Of a stretch of DNA of 34,159 nucleotides, positions 18,742 through 27,004 are shown piece by piece. Below the pieces are notes generated by a model. The model saw only the letters and a program-made list of their open reading frames with translations, was not told the DNA's origin and ran no database searches. The stretch is from Flavobacteriales bacterium (GTDB lineage: Bacteria; Bacteroidota; Bacteroidia; Flavobacteriales_F; PHOS-HE28), in assembly GCA_035441065.1 (NCBI GenBank), contig DAORNP010000015.1:1-34159 (forward strand), written 5' to 3'. Every line of letters begins with the position of its first letter. The first letter of the stretch is position 1. The position numbers and the translations under genes are program-made.

Positions 18742-19265
18742 GCACGTGCGCGCTCAGAAGCGCGCGAGGTGAGGAATTGCGTCAGCAGCGCAAGGCCCAA
18801 GGTGAAGGCGGCACTGAGGATGGCGCGCAGCAGGGTGGCGAAGAAGGCATCGAAGCGATGCATCTCCACGAAGAAGAGCCAGAGGTGATGCAGTAGTATC
18901 AGCACGCCCGCGTTTGTGGCGAACCACGCGAGACCCATGCGCGGCACCGTGGGCCGCATGCCGAACTCGTAGCCATCGCGCGGGGCCATGAGGCGCAACA
19001 GATGGATCCGCGCGAACATCATCACGGTGCAGGCGCTCATGTGCATGCCGGGCGTGCTTCCGAAGGCATCGAGCACAAGACCCGTGACCGCGCCGATCAG
19101 CATGCCCGCCCAGTTCGGCAGCTCGAATGGCAGCATGAGCAGGAACAGCACGTAGAGGTAAGGCACAATCCAGCCGTTGGCCACGTCGAGCCGCTCGAGG
19201 ATGAGTACCTGCAGCAGCACCAGCAGGAAGAAGCGGCCCAGGTTCGATGCGAGCGTGGTGATCAT
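18738..19265 (-). CDS. mreD: rod shape-determining protein MreD
   Basis: 175-aa polytopic hydrophobic protein between mreC and mrdA, with ATGA overlaps at both ends. Confidence 0.85.
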   Translation of the reverse strand: MITTLASNLGRFFLLVLLQVLILERLDVANGWIVPYLYVLFLLMLPFELPNWAGMLIGAVTGLVLDAFGSTPGMHMSACTVMMFARIHLLRLMAPRDGYEFGMRPTVPRMGLAWFATNAGVLILLHHLWLFFVEMHRFDAFFATLLRAILSAAFTLGLALLTQFLTSRASERARA

Positions 19266-20092
19266 CGGGTGGGCTGCAGGCTTTCGAGTGAATCACGTTC
19301 GCTGCGCAGTCGGTCCTCCACCACGTACACATAACCCACGCGGGCCATGTCCTCGAAGAGGCGGATGCGCACGTTCAGGTCCGGCCTTCCCGGAGGATTA
19401 TCGACACTGAGCACTTCGCCCACGGGAACACCGGGCGGGAAGATGCCGTCGCCGCCCATGGTCACGATGGTATCCTGTTCACGAACACGGCCATGCTTCG
19501 GGATGTCGATCACCGAGGCCGTGGCGGCATCCATCGTGTTCCAGTAGAGCAGTCCGAAGTGGCCGGTGCGCTTCACCTTCACGCTGGTGCGCAAATCGGT
19601 ATTGAGCACGCTGATCACCGAGGCGAAGCGCGGACTCACCGCGCGCACCACGCCAACGATGCCGCTCGGGCCCACCACGCCCATGTCCTCATGCAGATGC
19701 GAAACGGAGCCCTGATCAAGGGTGAGGTAGTTGAGCGGCTTGTGGTAAGTGGCATGCACCACTTTGGCCGCCGTGAAAGTGAAGGGCTGCCAGATGGCTG
19801 AATCGCCTGCAGGACGCAGGGTCGAGTCCATGACATCGGCGCCGATGCCAAAGCGATTGCGCCATGCCGTGTTCTCCTCGACCAACCGCGCGTTCACTTC
19901 CCGCAAGTTCGTGTACTCGGTCACTTGATTCCGCCAGGTGAAGAGCGTGCCCGCAACAGCGTTGCTGCTATTGATCGCGATGGACCGATGGTGCATGTTG
20001 CCGTTATACAGCAGCACCAGGGCAATGAGCAGCAGCGCCAGGAACAGCAGCGTGTCGCGGATGCGGTAGAGGAAGCGGAAGAGGTCGCGCAT
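19262..20092 (-). CDS. mreC: rod shape-determining protein MreC
   Basis: N-terminal anchor (LLFLALLLIALVLLY), coiled region, then beta-rich C-terminal domain with GGDGIFPPGVPVG. Synteny after mreB. Confidence 0.9.
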   Translation of the reverse strand: MRDLFRFLYRIRDTLLFLALLLIALVLLYNGNMHHRSIAINSSNAVAGTLFTWRNQVTEYTNLREVNARLVEENTAWRNRFGIGADVMDSTLRPAGDSAIWQPFTFTAAKVVHATYHKPLNYLTLDQGSVSHLHEDMGVVGPSGIVGVVRAVSPRFASVISVLNTDLRTSVKVKRTGHFGLLYWNTMDAATASVIDIPKHGRVREQDTIVTMGGDGIFPPGVPVGEVLSVDNPPGRPDLNVRIRLFEDMARVGYVYVVEDRLRSERDSLESLQPTR

Positions 20093-20117
20093 GCGATCAA
20101 GCGGCTAGTGTATAGCG

Positions 20118-20163
20118 GCGAGCGGCAAGTCGCAGGGAATGCATGTGGGCACTTGCCGCTCGC
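20118..20163 (-). promoter_or_regulatory. intercistronic RNA stem-loop between mreB and mreC
   Basis: Perfect 13-bp inverted repeat GCGAGCGGCAAGT (20118-20130) / ACTTGCCGCTCGC (20151-20163) with a 20-nt loop. It is followed on the plus strand by five tandem heptamers (TTGCCGC TCGCGAC TCGCCGC TTGCCGC TTTCCGC, 20153-20187). Confidence 0.45.
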
Positions 20164-20193
20164 GACTCGCCGCTTGCCGCTTTCCGCACTTCA

Positions 20194-21219
20194 TCACTCC
20201 CGCATTAGGAACTGGAAGCGATCGATGTTCTTGAGGGCGATGCCGGTACCACGGGCTACGGCGCGCAGCGGGTCGTCAGCCACGTGAACAGGCAACTTGG
20301 TCTTGATGCTGATGCGCTTGTCCAGGCCGCGCAGCAGGGCGCCGCCACCAGCGAGGTAGATGCCGGTCTTGTAGATGTCGGCGCTGAGCTCGGGCGGTGT
20401 GGCCTCCAAGGCGCTGAGGATCGCCTCTTCGATCTTGCTGATGCTCTTGTCGAGCGCCTGCGCGATCTCGCTGTAGGTCACGGTGATCTCCTTCGGGATG
20501 CCCGTCATCAAGTCGCGGCCGCGCACGGCATAATCAGGCGGTGGGCTGTCGAGCTCGGTCAGTGCCGCGCCCACCTCGATCTTGATCGTCTCGGCGGTGC
20601 GCTCGCCCACCAGGATGTTGTGCTGGCGGCGCATGTACTCCTCAATGTCGTTGGTGAACTCATCACCGGCCACGCGGATGTTCTTGTCGCACACGATGCC
20701 GCCCAGCGCGATCACGGCGATCTCCGAGGTGCCGCCGCCGATGTCGATGATCATGTTGCCCATGGGCTCCTCTACATCGATGCCGATGCCGATGGCTGCG
20801 GCCATGGGCTCGTGGATCATATACACCTCTTTGGCACCGGCATGCTCGCTGCTGTCCTTCACCGCGCGCTTCTCCACCTCGGTGATGCCGCTGGGGATGC
20901 AGATCACCATGCGCAGATTGGGCGTGAAGAGACGGCGGCCGGGATTGATCATGCGGATCATGCCCTTGATCATCTCCTCGGCGGCCTTGAAGTCGGCGAT
21001 CACGCCATCACGCAGCGGACGAATGGTCTTGATGTTCTCGTGGGTCTTGCCGTGCATCTGCTGCGCTTGGCGGCCTACTGCGATCACCTTGCTGGTGGCG
21101 CGGTCAATGGCCACGATACTGGGCTCGTCCACCACCACCTTGTCGTTGTGGATGATGAGGGTGTTGGCCGTGCCAAGGTCGATGGCGATCTCCTGGGTGA
21201 AGAGGTTTAACCAGCTCAT
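20194..21219 (-). CDS. mreB: rod shape-determining protein MreB (actin homologue)
   Basis: Start trimmed to MSWLNLFTQEIAIDLGTANTLI. Actin-fold phosphate/adenosine motifs (DLGTANT, DIGGGTSE). 342 aa. Confidence 0.97.
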   Translation of the reverse strand: MSWLNLFTQEIAIDLGTANTLIIHNDKVVVDEPSIVAIDRATSKVIAVGRQAQQMHGKTHENIKTIRPLRDGVIADFKAAEEMIKGMIRMINPGRRLFTPNLRMVICIPSGITEVEKRAVKDSSEHAGAKEVYMIHEPMAAAIGIGIDVEEPMGNMIIDIGGGTSEIAVIALGGIVCDKNIRVAGDEFTNDIEEYMRRQHNILVGERTAETIKIEVGAALTELDSPPPDYAVRGRDLMTGIPKEITVTYSEIAQALDKSISKIEEAILSALEATPPELSADIYKTGIYLAGGGALLRGLDKRISIKTKLPVHVADDPLRAVARGTGIALKNIDRFQFLMRE

Positions 21220-21232
21220 GCGTAGGTGATGG

Positions 21233-22762
21233 TCAGTGTTTGAAGTGGCGCGTGCCGGTGATGCACATCGCAAGGCCGTGCGTGTTGCAATAATCGATGC
21301 TGTCCTGGTCGCGGATGCTGCCGCCCGGATGCACCACGGCGGTGATCCCGGCCTTGTGCGCGATTTCCACGCAGTCGGGGAACGGGAAGAAGGCGTCGCT
21401 GGCCATCACGGCGCCGTTCAGGTCGAAGTTGAATTTGCCCGCCTTGGCGATGGCCTGCTCAAGGGCATCCACCCGACTGGTCTGGCCAGTGCCGCTGGCG
21501 AGCAACTGGTTGCCCTTGGCCAGCACGATGGCGTTGCTCTTGGTGTGCTTCACGAGCATGGTGGCGAAGACCATGTCACTCATCTCTTGCGCGCTCGGCG
21601 CTTTGGTGGTGGCGGTCTTCATGCTCGCAGCCGATGCCACTACGGTATCCGCATCCTCGGTGAGCACCCCATTGAGCGCGGTGCGCACTTTCACCTTGGA
21701 ACGAGCAGCTGGTTTGCGCAGCAGGATCATCCGGTTCTTCTTCTTCCGCAGGATCTCCAGCGCGTCATCGTCGTAGCCCGGTGCGGCGATGATCTCGAAA
21801 AAGATCGTGTCAATGGCCTCAGCAGTAGCCCTATCGATGCGGGCCGTGGTGATGAGCACGCCGCCGAAGGCGCTTACCGGATCGCCCGCCAGCGCTGCAT
21901 CCCATGCCTCCTTCACCGTGGCACGAACGGCGGCGCCACAGGCGTTGTTGTGCTTCAGGATCGCGAACGGGACCCCTTCAAGCGTATCCAGATCCTCGAT
22001 CAGCTCAACAGCTGCATCAAGGTCGAGCAGATTATTGTAGCTGAGCTCCTTGCCGTTGAGTTGCTCGAACATGCCCGCCAGATCGCCATGGAAGGCGCCC
22101 TGCTGGTGCGGGTTCTCGCCGTAGCGCAGCACCGTGGTGGGGCCTGCGCTCAAGCGCAGATCTCCTTGCCCACCGCTGAACCAGTTGTAAATGGCGCCAT
22201 CGTAGTGGCTGCTCACGGCGAAGGCCGCTGCCGCGAACGATCGGCGTTGCGAGAGCGTGGTGCATCCGTCCTGTCCCTTCAGCAGGCGAAGCAGTTCGGC
22301 GTACTGGTTCATGCTGGGCACGATCACCACATCGGCGTGGTTCTTCGCACCGGCGCGAATCAGGCTGATGCCACCGATGTCGATCTTCTCGATGATATCA
22401 GACTCGCTTCCACCAGCCGCCACTGTGGCCTCAAAGGGATAGAGGTCCACGATCACCAGATCGATGGGCGGGATGGCATATTCCTCGAGCTGCGCCACAT
22501 CGCTTTCCAGGTCGCGGCGCCCAAGAATGCCGCCGAAGACCTTCGGATGCAGGGTTTTCACGCGGCCGCCAAGGATGCTCGGATAGGTGGTGAGCTCTTC
22601 GACGGGCGTTACCGGAATGCCGAGCCCTTCGATGAAGGATTGCGTTCCGCCCGTGCTGTACAACTGCACGTTCAGCCGGTGCAGCTCACGGATGATGGGT
22701 TCGAGCCCATCCTTGTGGAAGACCGAGATGAGCGCGCTCTGAATGCGTTTTTGCCCGTCCAA
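21233..22762 (-). CDS. purH: bifunctional AICAR formyltransferase / IMP cyclohydrolase
   Basis: 509 aa. N-terminal MGS-like domain (ALISVFHKDGL, KTLHPKVFGGIL) and C-terminal AICARFT domain ending ..TGTRHFKH. The start codon as drawn is TTG. Confidence 0.97.
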   Translation of the reverse strand: MDGQKRIQSALISVFHKDGLEPIIRELHRLNVQLYSTGGTQSFIEGLGIPVTPVEELTTYPSILGGRVKTLHPKVFGGILGRRDLESDVAQLEEYAIPPIDLVIVDLYPFEATVAAGGSESDIIEKIDIGGISLIRAGAKNHADVVIVPSMNQYAELLRLLKGQDGCTTLSQRRSFAAAAFAVSSHYDGAIYNWFSGGQGDLRLSAGPTTVLRYGENPHQQGAFHGDLAGMFEQLNGKELSYNNLLDLDAAVELIEDLDTLEGVPFAILKHNNACGAAVRATVKEAWDAALAGDPVSAFGGVLITTARIDRATAEAIDTIFFEIIAAPGYDDDALEILRKKKNRMILLRKPAARSKVKVRTALNGVLTEDADTVVASAASMKTATTKAPSAQEMSDMVFATMLVKHTKSNAIVLAKGNQLLASGTGQTSRVDALEQAIAKAGKFNFDLNGAVMASDAFFPFPDCVEIAHKAGITAVVHPGGSIRDQDSIDYCNTHGLAMCITGTRHFKH

Positions 22763-22798
22763 TGGGAGATTCCGAGGGTCTAGGCCTCGTTATGGGCG

Positions 22799-22806
22799 CA
22801 AGTTTA
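22799..22806 (-). promoter_or_regulatory. candidate -7-like box (TAAACTTG on minus strand) upstream of purH
   Basis: 36 nt upstream of the purH start. The 12-mer TAAACTTGCGCC is identical to the one upstream of the kinase gene at 7992. Confidence 0.3.
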
Positions 22807-22876
22807 CAGCGCCTATTGAGCCTGCGGCGGAAGCCTCCCTTCGCGGTTATCCGAAGGTTACCAACAAGAGCAAGGG

Positions 22877-23602
22877 TCAGAATCGAAGCCCCACGCCGAA
22901 GGTGAGGTTGATGACCCTGGTGCCGCTCGAGAGCGTGCCATAGCCCACATTGCCGTCGGCATCAATGGCGATGGAATTCGGATTCACATACGCCACCCGG
23001 CCGCCATTGAGGCGCTCGAGCCTCAATTCTGCGAAGAAGTTGCGTGTAGGCGCGTAGTTCAACCCGGCCGCCCAGCCGATGCTGCCGACGGCCGCGCTGG
23101 CCAGCCGCTCGGTGCTCACCGGATCATCCACGCCACGGGCCTTCACCTCGGAGCGGGTGATGAAATGGCGGAAGCCCGCCATGAACTCAGCGTATGGGCT
23201 CACCTTGCCCTGCACGGGCTGCAGGCGCAGCAAACCGTGGTAGCCATAGATGGTGCTGCGCACCGTGAGCTCGCCCGTATTGGCGCTCACATTCTGCAGG
23301 TTCACGGGCACCTCCTGCTTCTTCGAGCCCATGCGCTGCCAACTGAAATCGAATCCGTAGCTGAACGGGAGGCGTCGCATCGGCATGGTGAAATTGGCGC
23401 TGAGGCCGGCCATCTGACGTCCCCAGGCATCGTCGAACTCGCCGAGCGGGATCCCGATCTCCAGGCCCCCGGCAACCGTTGCAGGGCGATCGTTCCAGCG
23501 TGAAGCCGGACGATCGTTCCAACGCTGCTGGTTCCGTTGGGCCAAGGCCTGAAGGGTGGTGCCGATGAGCAGGGTCGATAGAAACAGATGGCGGGTTCTC
23601 AT
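22877..23602 (-). CDS. outer-membrane beta-barrel protein (hypothetical)
   Basis: Start trimmed to MRTRHLFLSTLLIGTTLQALAQ (signal peptide). Tandem RWNDRPA duplication, amphipathic beta-strand pattern, and a C-terminal aromatic residue (..TFGVGLRF) typical of OMPs. Confidence 0.65.
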   Translation of the reverse strand: MRTRHLFLSTLLIGTTLQALAQRNQQRWNDRPASRWNDRPATVAGGLEIGIPLGEFDDAWGRQMAGLSANFTMPMRRLPFSYGFDFSWQRMGSKKQEVPVNLQNVSANTGELTVRSTIYGYHGLLRLQPVQGKVSPYAEFMAGFRHFITRSEVKARGVDDPVSTERLASAAVGSIGWAAGLNYAPTRNFFAELRLERLNGGRVAYVNPNSIAIDADGNVGYGTLSSGTRVINLTFGVGLRF

Positions 23603-23669
23603 GGCTTGGGGAGATTGGTACGCGGCGGGCCAAAGGTTATGCCGAAGGGCGTCGGATACCTTGCGCCGC

Positions 23670-24113
23670 ATGGGCTTCGACCTCGGACCCGAATGGACAA
23701 CGATGGGCCTGCTGGGCTTGTTCCTGGCGTGCTTCCTGGCAGCCACGGTACTGCCCTTCAGCTCGGAATTGGTCCTTGTGGCCATGCTGGCCGGGCCTTG
23801 GAGCCCCATGACGGTATGGGCGGTCGCAAGCCTGGGCAATTGGCTCGGCGGCATGAGCAGTTTCGGCTTGGGGCGCTTAGGCGATCTGGAGCGCGTTGGC
23901 CGTTGGCTGCGCATGAAGCCCGAGGAGGCTGAGCGCTGGCACCTCCGGATAGGCCGATACGGCGCATGGGCCGCATTGCTCTGCTGGGCCCCCATCATCG
24001 GTGATCCGATTGCCGTGGCGCTTGGTCTGGGCCGGGCAAGATTGCTGCCCACAGCCGCACTGATGTTCATTGGCAAGGCCGCACGCTACGCCGTCCTGGT
24101 GGCCATCTGGTAA
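23670..24113 (+). CDS. YqaA-family (DedA/SNARE-associated-like) small membrane protein
   Basis: Start trimmed to MGFDLGPEW. Conserved VLPFSSELVL, GNWLGGM and IGDPIAVALG segments typical of YqaA. Confidence 0.8.
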   Translation: MGFDLGPEWTTMGLLGLFLACFLAATVLPFSSELVLVAMLAGPWSPMTVWAVASLGNWLGGMSSFGLGRLGDLERVGRWLRMKPEEAERWHLRIGRYGAWAALLCWAPIIGDPIAVALGLGRARLLPTAALMFIGKAARYAVLVAIW

Positions 24114-24257
24114 TAAACGCGCCTTCAACGTCCGTCACGGACAAGGGCGCCGATGAATGAGGCTTCTGCGATCAGTCGGCACCGAAGCCTGCGCAATTTG
24201 CCCGGCAATGCTCACCTTTCGGACCCAACGTTTTCAGACAACCTGAATCCAGACTGC

Positions 24258-25904
24258 ATGGCCAAGAAGAAGTCCGCTGCGCGCAAGAAATCCACCAGCA
24301 AGGCCTCTCGCGCACGCAAGCCAGCCCGTACATCGCCGCGGAAGAAGACAACCCTGGCCCGCAGGCCTGCGGCCAAGCCGACAGGTCCCGCCAAACCGGG
24401 GAAGCGCCCCGCAAAGAAGAAGCCCGCCAACCTCCTCAAGGGCATCAGCGACATCCGCCGCTTCTTCCACCGCAACGAGGTGCCGCTCTACTTCATCAGC
24501 GCCACCAACTTCAACCTGCTGGGCGCCGACGAGTGGATCAAGGGCTTCAAGTTCATCACCTACATCGACTGCTTCGATGGGCTGCATCCTAACCTGATGA
24601 GCCCGCGCACCGAGGAGCCGCACGAGGAGTTCCAAAGCATCGAGGACATCAACAACTACCTGCTCACCCATAGCGAGGTGCGCGACTACATCGAGAGCCG
24701 GCGCATGAGTCCGAAGTCCGCGGGCAAGGCGCTCTTCCTCATGTTCGATGAGAGGACCGAGGCGCTCGCGAAGAAGGCCGGGCTGGAGGTGATCTTCCCT
24801 CCTGCGAAACTGCGCAGCTGGCTCGACAACAAGGTGAACACCAACCGCGTGGCGGAGAAGGCCGGAGTGCCCTGCGTGCCCTACGTGCTGCACCCGGTGA
24901 AGAGCTTCGAGCACTTGATGCAAGTGGCCGCGAAAGGCAAGCTCGGCAACGACCTCGTGGTGCAAACGCCCTACGGCGATAGCGGCCACACCACCTTCTT
25001 CATCAAGACCCAAGCGGACTACGACAAGTACGCGAAGGAGATCGAAGCGGAGAAGGAGTGCAAGATCATGAAACGCATCAACTGCCGGGGCGCGGCCATG
25101 GAAGCGTGCGTCACGCGGCACGGCACCATCGTGGCCCCGCTCATGACGGAGCTGGTGGGCTTCAAGGAGCTCACGCCCTACAAAGGCGGCTGGTGCGGCA
25201 ACGAGATCTTCGCCGACACCTTCACGCCGGAGATCCGCGCGAAGGCCCGGCGCTACGCGAAGAAGTTCGGCGATCAATTGCTGAAGGAGGGCTACAAAGG
25301 CTACTTCGAGCTGGATTACCTCATCGATAAGGACAGCGGCGAGATCTACCTCGGCGAATTGAACCCGCGCGTCACCGGTGCGAGCTCCATCACCAACCAC
25401 GCGGTCTTCGCGCTGAGCGATGCGCCGCTGCATCTCTTCCACACGCTGGAATGGATGGACGTGCCCTACGAGCTGAGCGTGAACGCGCTGAACCGCCGCT
25501 GGTCCGACCCGCGCAACATCGACAGCTGGGGCCAGATGGTGATCAAGTACACCACCGACGATGTGCAGCGCGTGACCGACGCGCCTCGCAGCGGCATCTG
25601 GCGCATGCGCGACGATGGCAGCATCTACTTCTGGCGAATGGACACGCACCGCCGCTACGTGGAGAAGGACAACGAGGCCTTCTTCCTGCGCATCACGCGT
25701 CCTGGAGACTGGTTCTACGAGGGCGCCGACATGGGCATCCTCGTTATGCGCGGCCGGATGATGACCGACGACTTCCAACTGACCGAGCGCGCGAAGAAGT
25801 GGCTGGCGGCGATACGCACGCAGTTCAAGAGCGTTGCTCCGGGAGCGCACAGCTCCAGCGGACATGAGCACATGCTTGAGATCGGAGGGTTCAAAATGAT
25901 GTGA
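24258..25904 (+). CDS. ATP-grasp superfamily ligase with a ~56-aa K/R/P/A-rich N-terminal tail (substrate unknown)
   Basis: ATP-grasp core: DLVVQTPYGDSGHTTFFI, KIMKRINCRGAAMEACV, GGWCGNE, and the Mg-ATP loop YFELDYLID...IYLGELNPRVTGAS (E-x-N-x-R). Start placed at MAKKK (24258), because codons 24153-24257 are rich in A/T-ending codons, unlike the rest of the gene. Confidence 0.85.
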   Translation: MAKKKSAARKKSTSKASRARKPARTSPRKKTTLARRPAAKPTGPAKPGKRPAKKKPANLLKGISDIRRFFHRNEVPLYFISATNFNLLGADEWIKGFKFITYIDCFDGLHPNLMSPRTEEPHEEFQSIEDINNYLLTHSEVRDYIESRRMSPKSAGKALFLMFDERTEALAKKAGLEVIFPPAKLRSWLDNKVNTNRVAEKAGVPCVPYVLHPVKSFEHLMQVAAKGKLGNDLVVQTPYGDSGHTTFFIKTQADYDKYAKEIEAEKECKIMKRINCRGAAMEACVTRHGTIVAPLMTELVGFKELTPYKGGWCGNEIFADTFTPEIRAKARRYAKKFGDQLLKEGYKGYFELDYLIDKDSGEIYLGELNPRVTGASSITNHAVFALSDAPLHLFHTLEWMDVPYELSVNALNRRWSDPRNIDSWGQMVIKYTTDDVQRVTDAPRSGIWRMRDDGSIYFWRMDTHRRYVEKDNEAFFLRITRPGDWFYEGADMGILVMRGRMMTDDFQLTERAKKWLAAIRTQFKSVAPGAHSSSGHEHMLEIGGFKMM

Positions 25905-25916
25905 GGAGGAGCACGC

Positions 25917-26909
25917 ATGTACGTACATCTGAAGCTTGTGAAGGAGCCTTGGCCGAGCGACCGCTGGCAATCGTTCTTCGACCATGCCTGGCCCTTGTTC
26001 CGGATCTGGTATGAGAGCGAAGGGCTGGAGAAGCGCCCGGACCTGGTGACCTGCCGCAGCATGCTGGAGCTGCACATGCCGGAGCTGATCCCGGTGTACA
26101 ACAGCCTATGCCGCCTCGCGAACAACGACGACGTGGCCTGCCGCTTCCTCACCATGTGGAACCCGCCGCCCTACATGGCCGGCTGCTCCCAGGTGGCCTG
26201 GACCAAGGGCGCGCCCACGCTCATCCGCAACTACGACTTCGACCCGCGCTACTTCGATGGGCGCATGCGCTACAGCGAGTATGTTAAACCGGTGATCGGG
26301 ATCCAGGACAGCGGCTGGGGCCTGCTCGACGGCATGAACAGCGATGGTCTTGCCGTGGCGCTCGCCTTTGGTGGGAGGAAGGTGTGGGGCACAGGTTTCG
26401 GCATACCGCTGGTGATCCGCTACGTGCTGGAGACCTGCAGCACCACGGACGAAGCCTGCGACGTGCTGCGGCGCATCCCCGTGCACATGGGCTATAACGT
26501 CACCGTGGTGGACAAGAGCGGCAAGTACGCCACCGTGTACATGAACCATGATCGTCCGGCACAGGTGATCTACCAGGCCGTGGCGTGCAACCACCAGCAC
26601 CAGGTGGAGTGGGACGAGTACGCGGCCTTCACGAATACCATCGAGCGCAAGCACTTCCTCGAGCACAGCATCGCGCAGCCCAAGCTCACCCGCGCCCAGC
26701 TCATCAAGCAGTTCCTGAAACCACCGCTGTATAGCCAGCAATACCTGCGGGGCTTCGGCACACTCTACACCGCAGCCTACGATGTGGCCAAGGGCCGCGT
26801 GCAGATCATCTGGCCCGACAAGCAGGTGGAGGCAAGTTTTTCCCGCTTCGAGGAACAGGAGGTGCAGGTGGTGTTGCTAAGGCCGGTGGGGAGGTACTTG
26901 GCGAAGTAG
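25917..26909 (+). CDS. C45-family Ntn hydrolase / acyl-CoA:6-aminopenicillanic-acid acyltransferase-like protein
   Basis: Gly-Cys candidate autoprocessing site (YMAGCSQVAW, Cys90 at 26184-26186). Downstream motifs IRNYDF, GMNSDGLAVAL and GYNVTVVD fit the C45/choloylglycine-hydrolase-like fold. The start is 12 nt after the ATP-grasp stop and is preceded by GGAGGA. Confidence 0.8.
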   Translation: MYVHLKLVKEPWPSDRWQSFFDHAWPLFRIWYESEGLEKRPDLVTCRSMLELHMPELIPVYNSLCRLANNDDVACRFLTMWNPPPYMAGCSQVAWTKGAPTLIRNYDFDPRYFDGRMRYSEYVKPVIGIQDSGWGLLDGMNSDGLAVALAFGGRKVWGTGFGIPLVIRYVLETCSTTDEACDVLRRIPVHMGYNVTVVDKSGKYATVYMNHDRPAQVIYQAVACNHQHQVEWDEYAAFTNTIERKHFLEHSIAQPKLTRAQLIKQFLKPPLYSQQYLRGFGTLYTAAYDVAKGRVQIIWPDKQVEASFSRFEEQEVQVVLLRPVGRYLAK

Positions 26910-27004
26910 ATGTGCGTCCCGGTCCTCGCCGTGTGAGTCCATCGGTTTCGCGCTTCACAAACGGCACTCCAAGCCTCACGCTTTCAGTCAGGTACTTTTG
27001 CCTC

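Noticed and set aside
15095-18888. 583-aa (15095..16846) and 664-aa (16894..18888) plus-strand ORFs opposite rodA and mrdA
   Set aside because: They are antisense to genes with diagnostic SEDS and PBP motifs. Acidic/His/Ala/Arg-rich composition and no signal or domain features.
21236-22783. 515-aa plus-strand ORF covering the whole of purH on the opposite strand
   Set aside because: It is antisense to a gene with unmistakable PurH sequence. Its composition is dominated by A/G/R/H/D/V runs with no motifs. It is a typical stop-free antisense frame in GC3-rich coding DNA.
24153-24257. Upstream start (MNEASAISRH...) for the ATP-grasp ORF as drawn in the track
   Set aside because: These 35 codons are rich in A/T-ending codons (aat, gct, tct, agt, cga, ttg, ctt, cca, ttt, tca), unlike the gene body. 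The stretch also contains stem-loops (24119-24150, 24161-24189) that are more consistent with a leader or the yqaA 3' region. The start at 24258 is preferred but not proven.
24258-25904. Annotating the ATP-grasp protein as biotin carboxylase or carbamoyl-phosphate synthase
   Set aside because: It shares only the generic ATP-grasp core. No biotin-carboxylase C-terminal domain signature, carboxyl-carrier or carboxyltransferase partner, or CPS duplication is visible.
24234-26075. 613-aa minus-strand ORF opposite the ATP-grasp gene
   Set aside because: It is antisense to a gene with clear ATP-grasp motifs. The sequence is rich in R/A/H/V/L at low complexity, and there is no recognisable domain.
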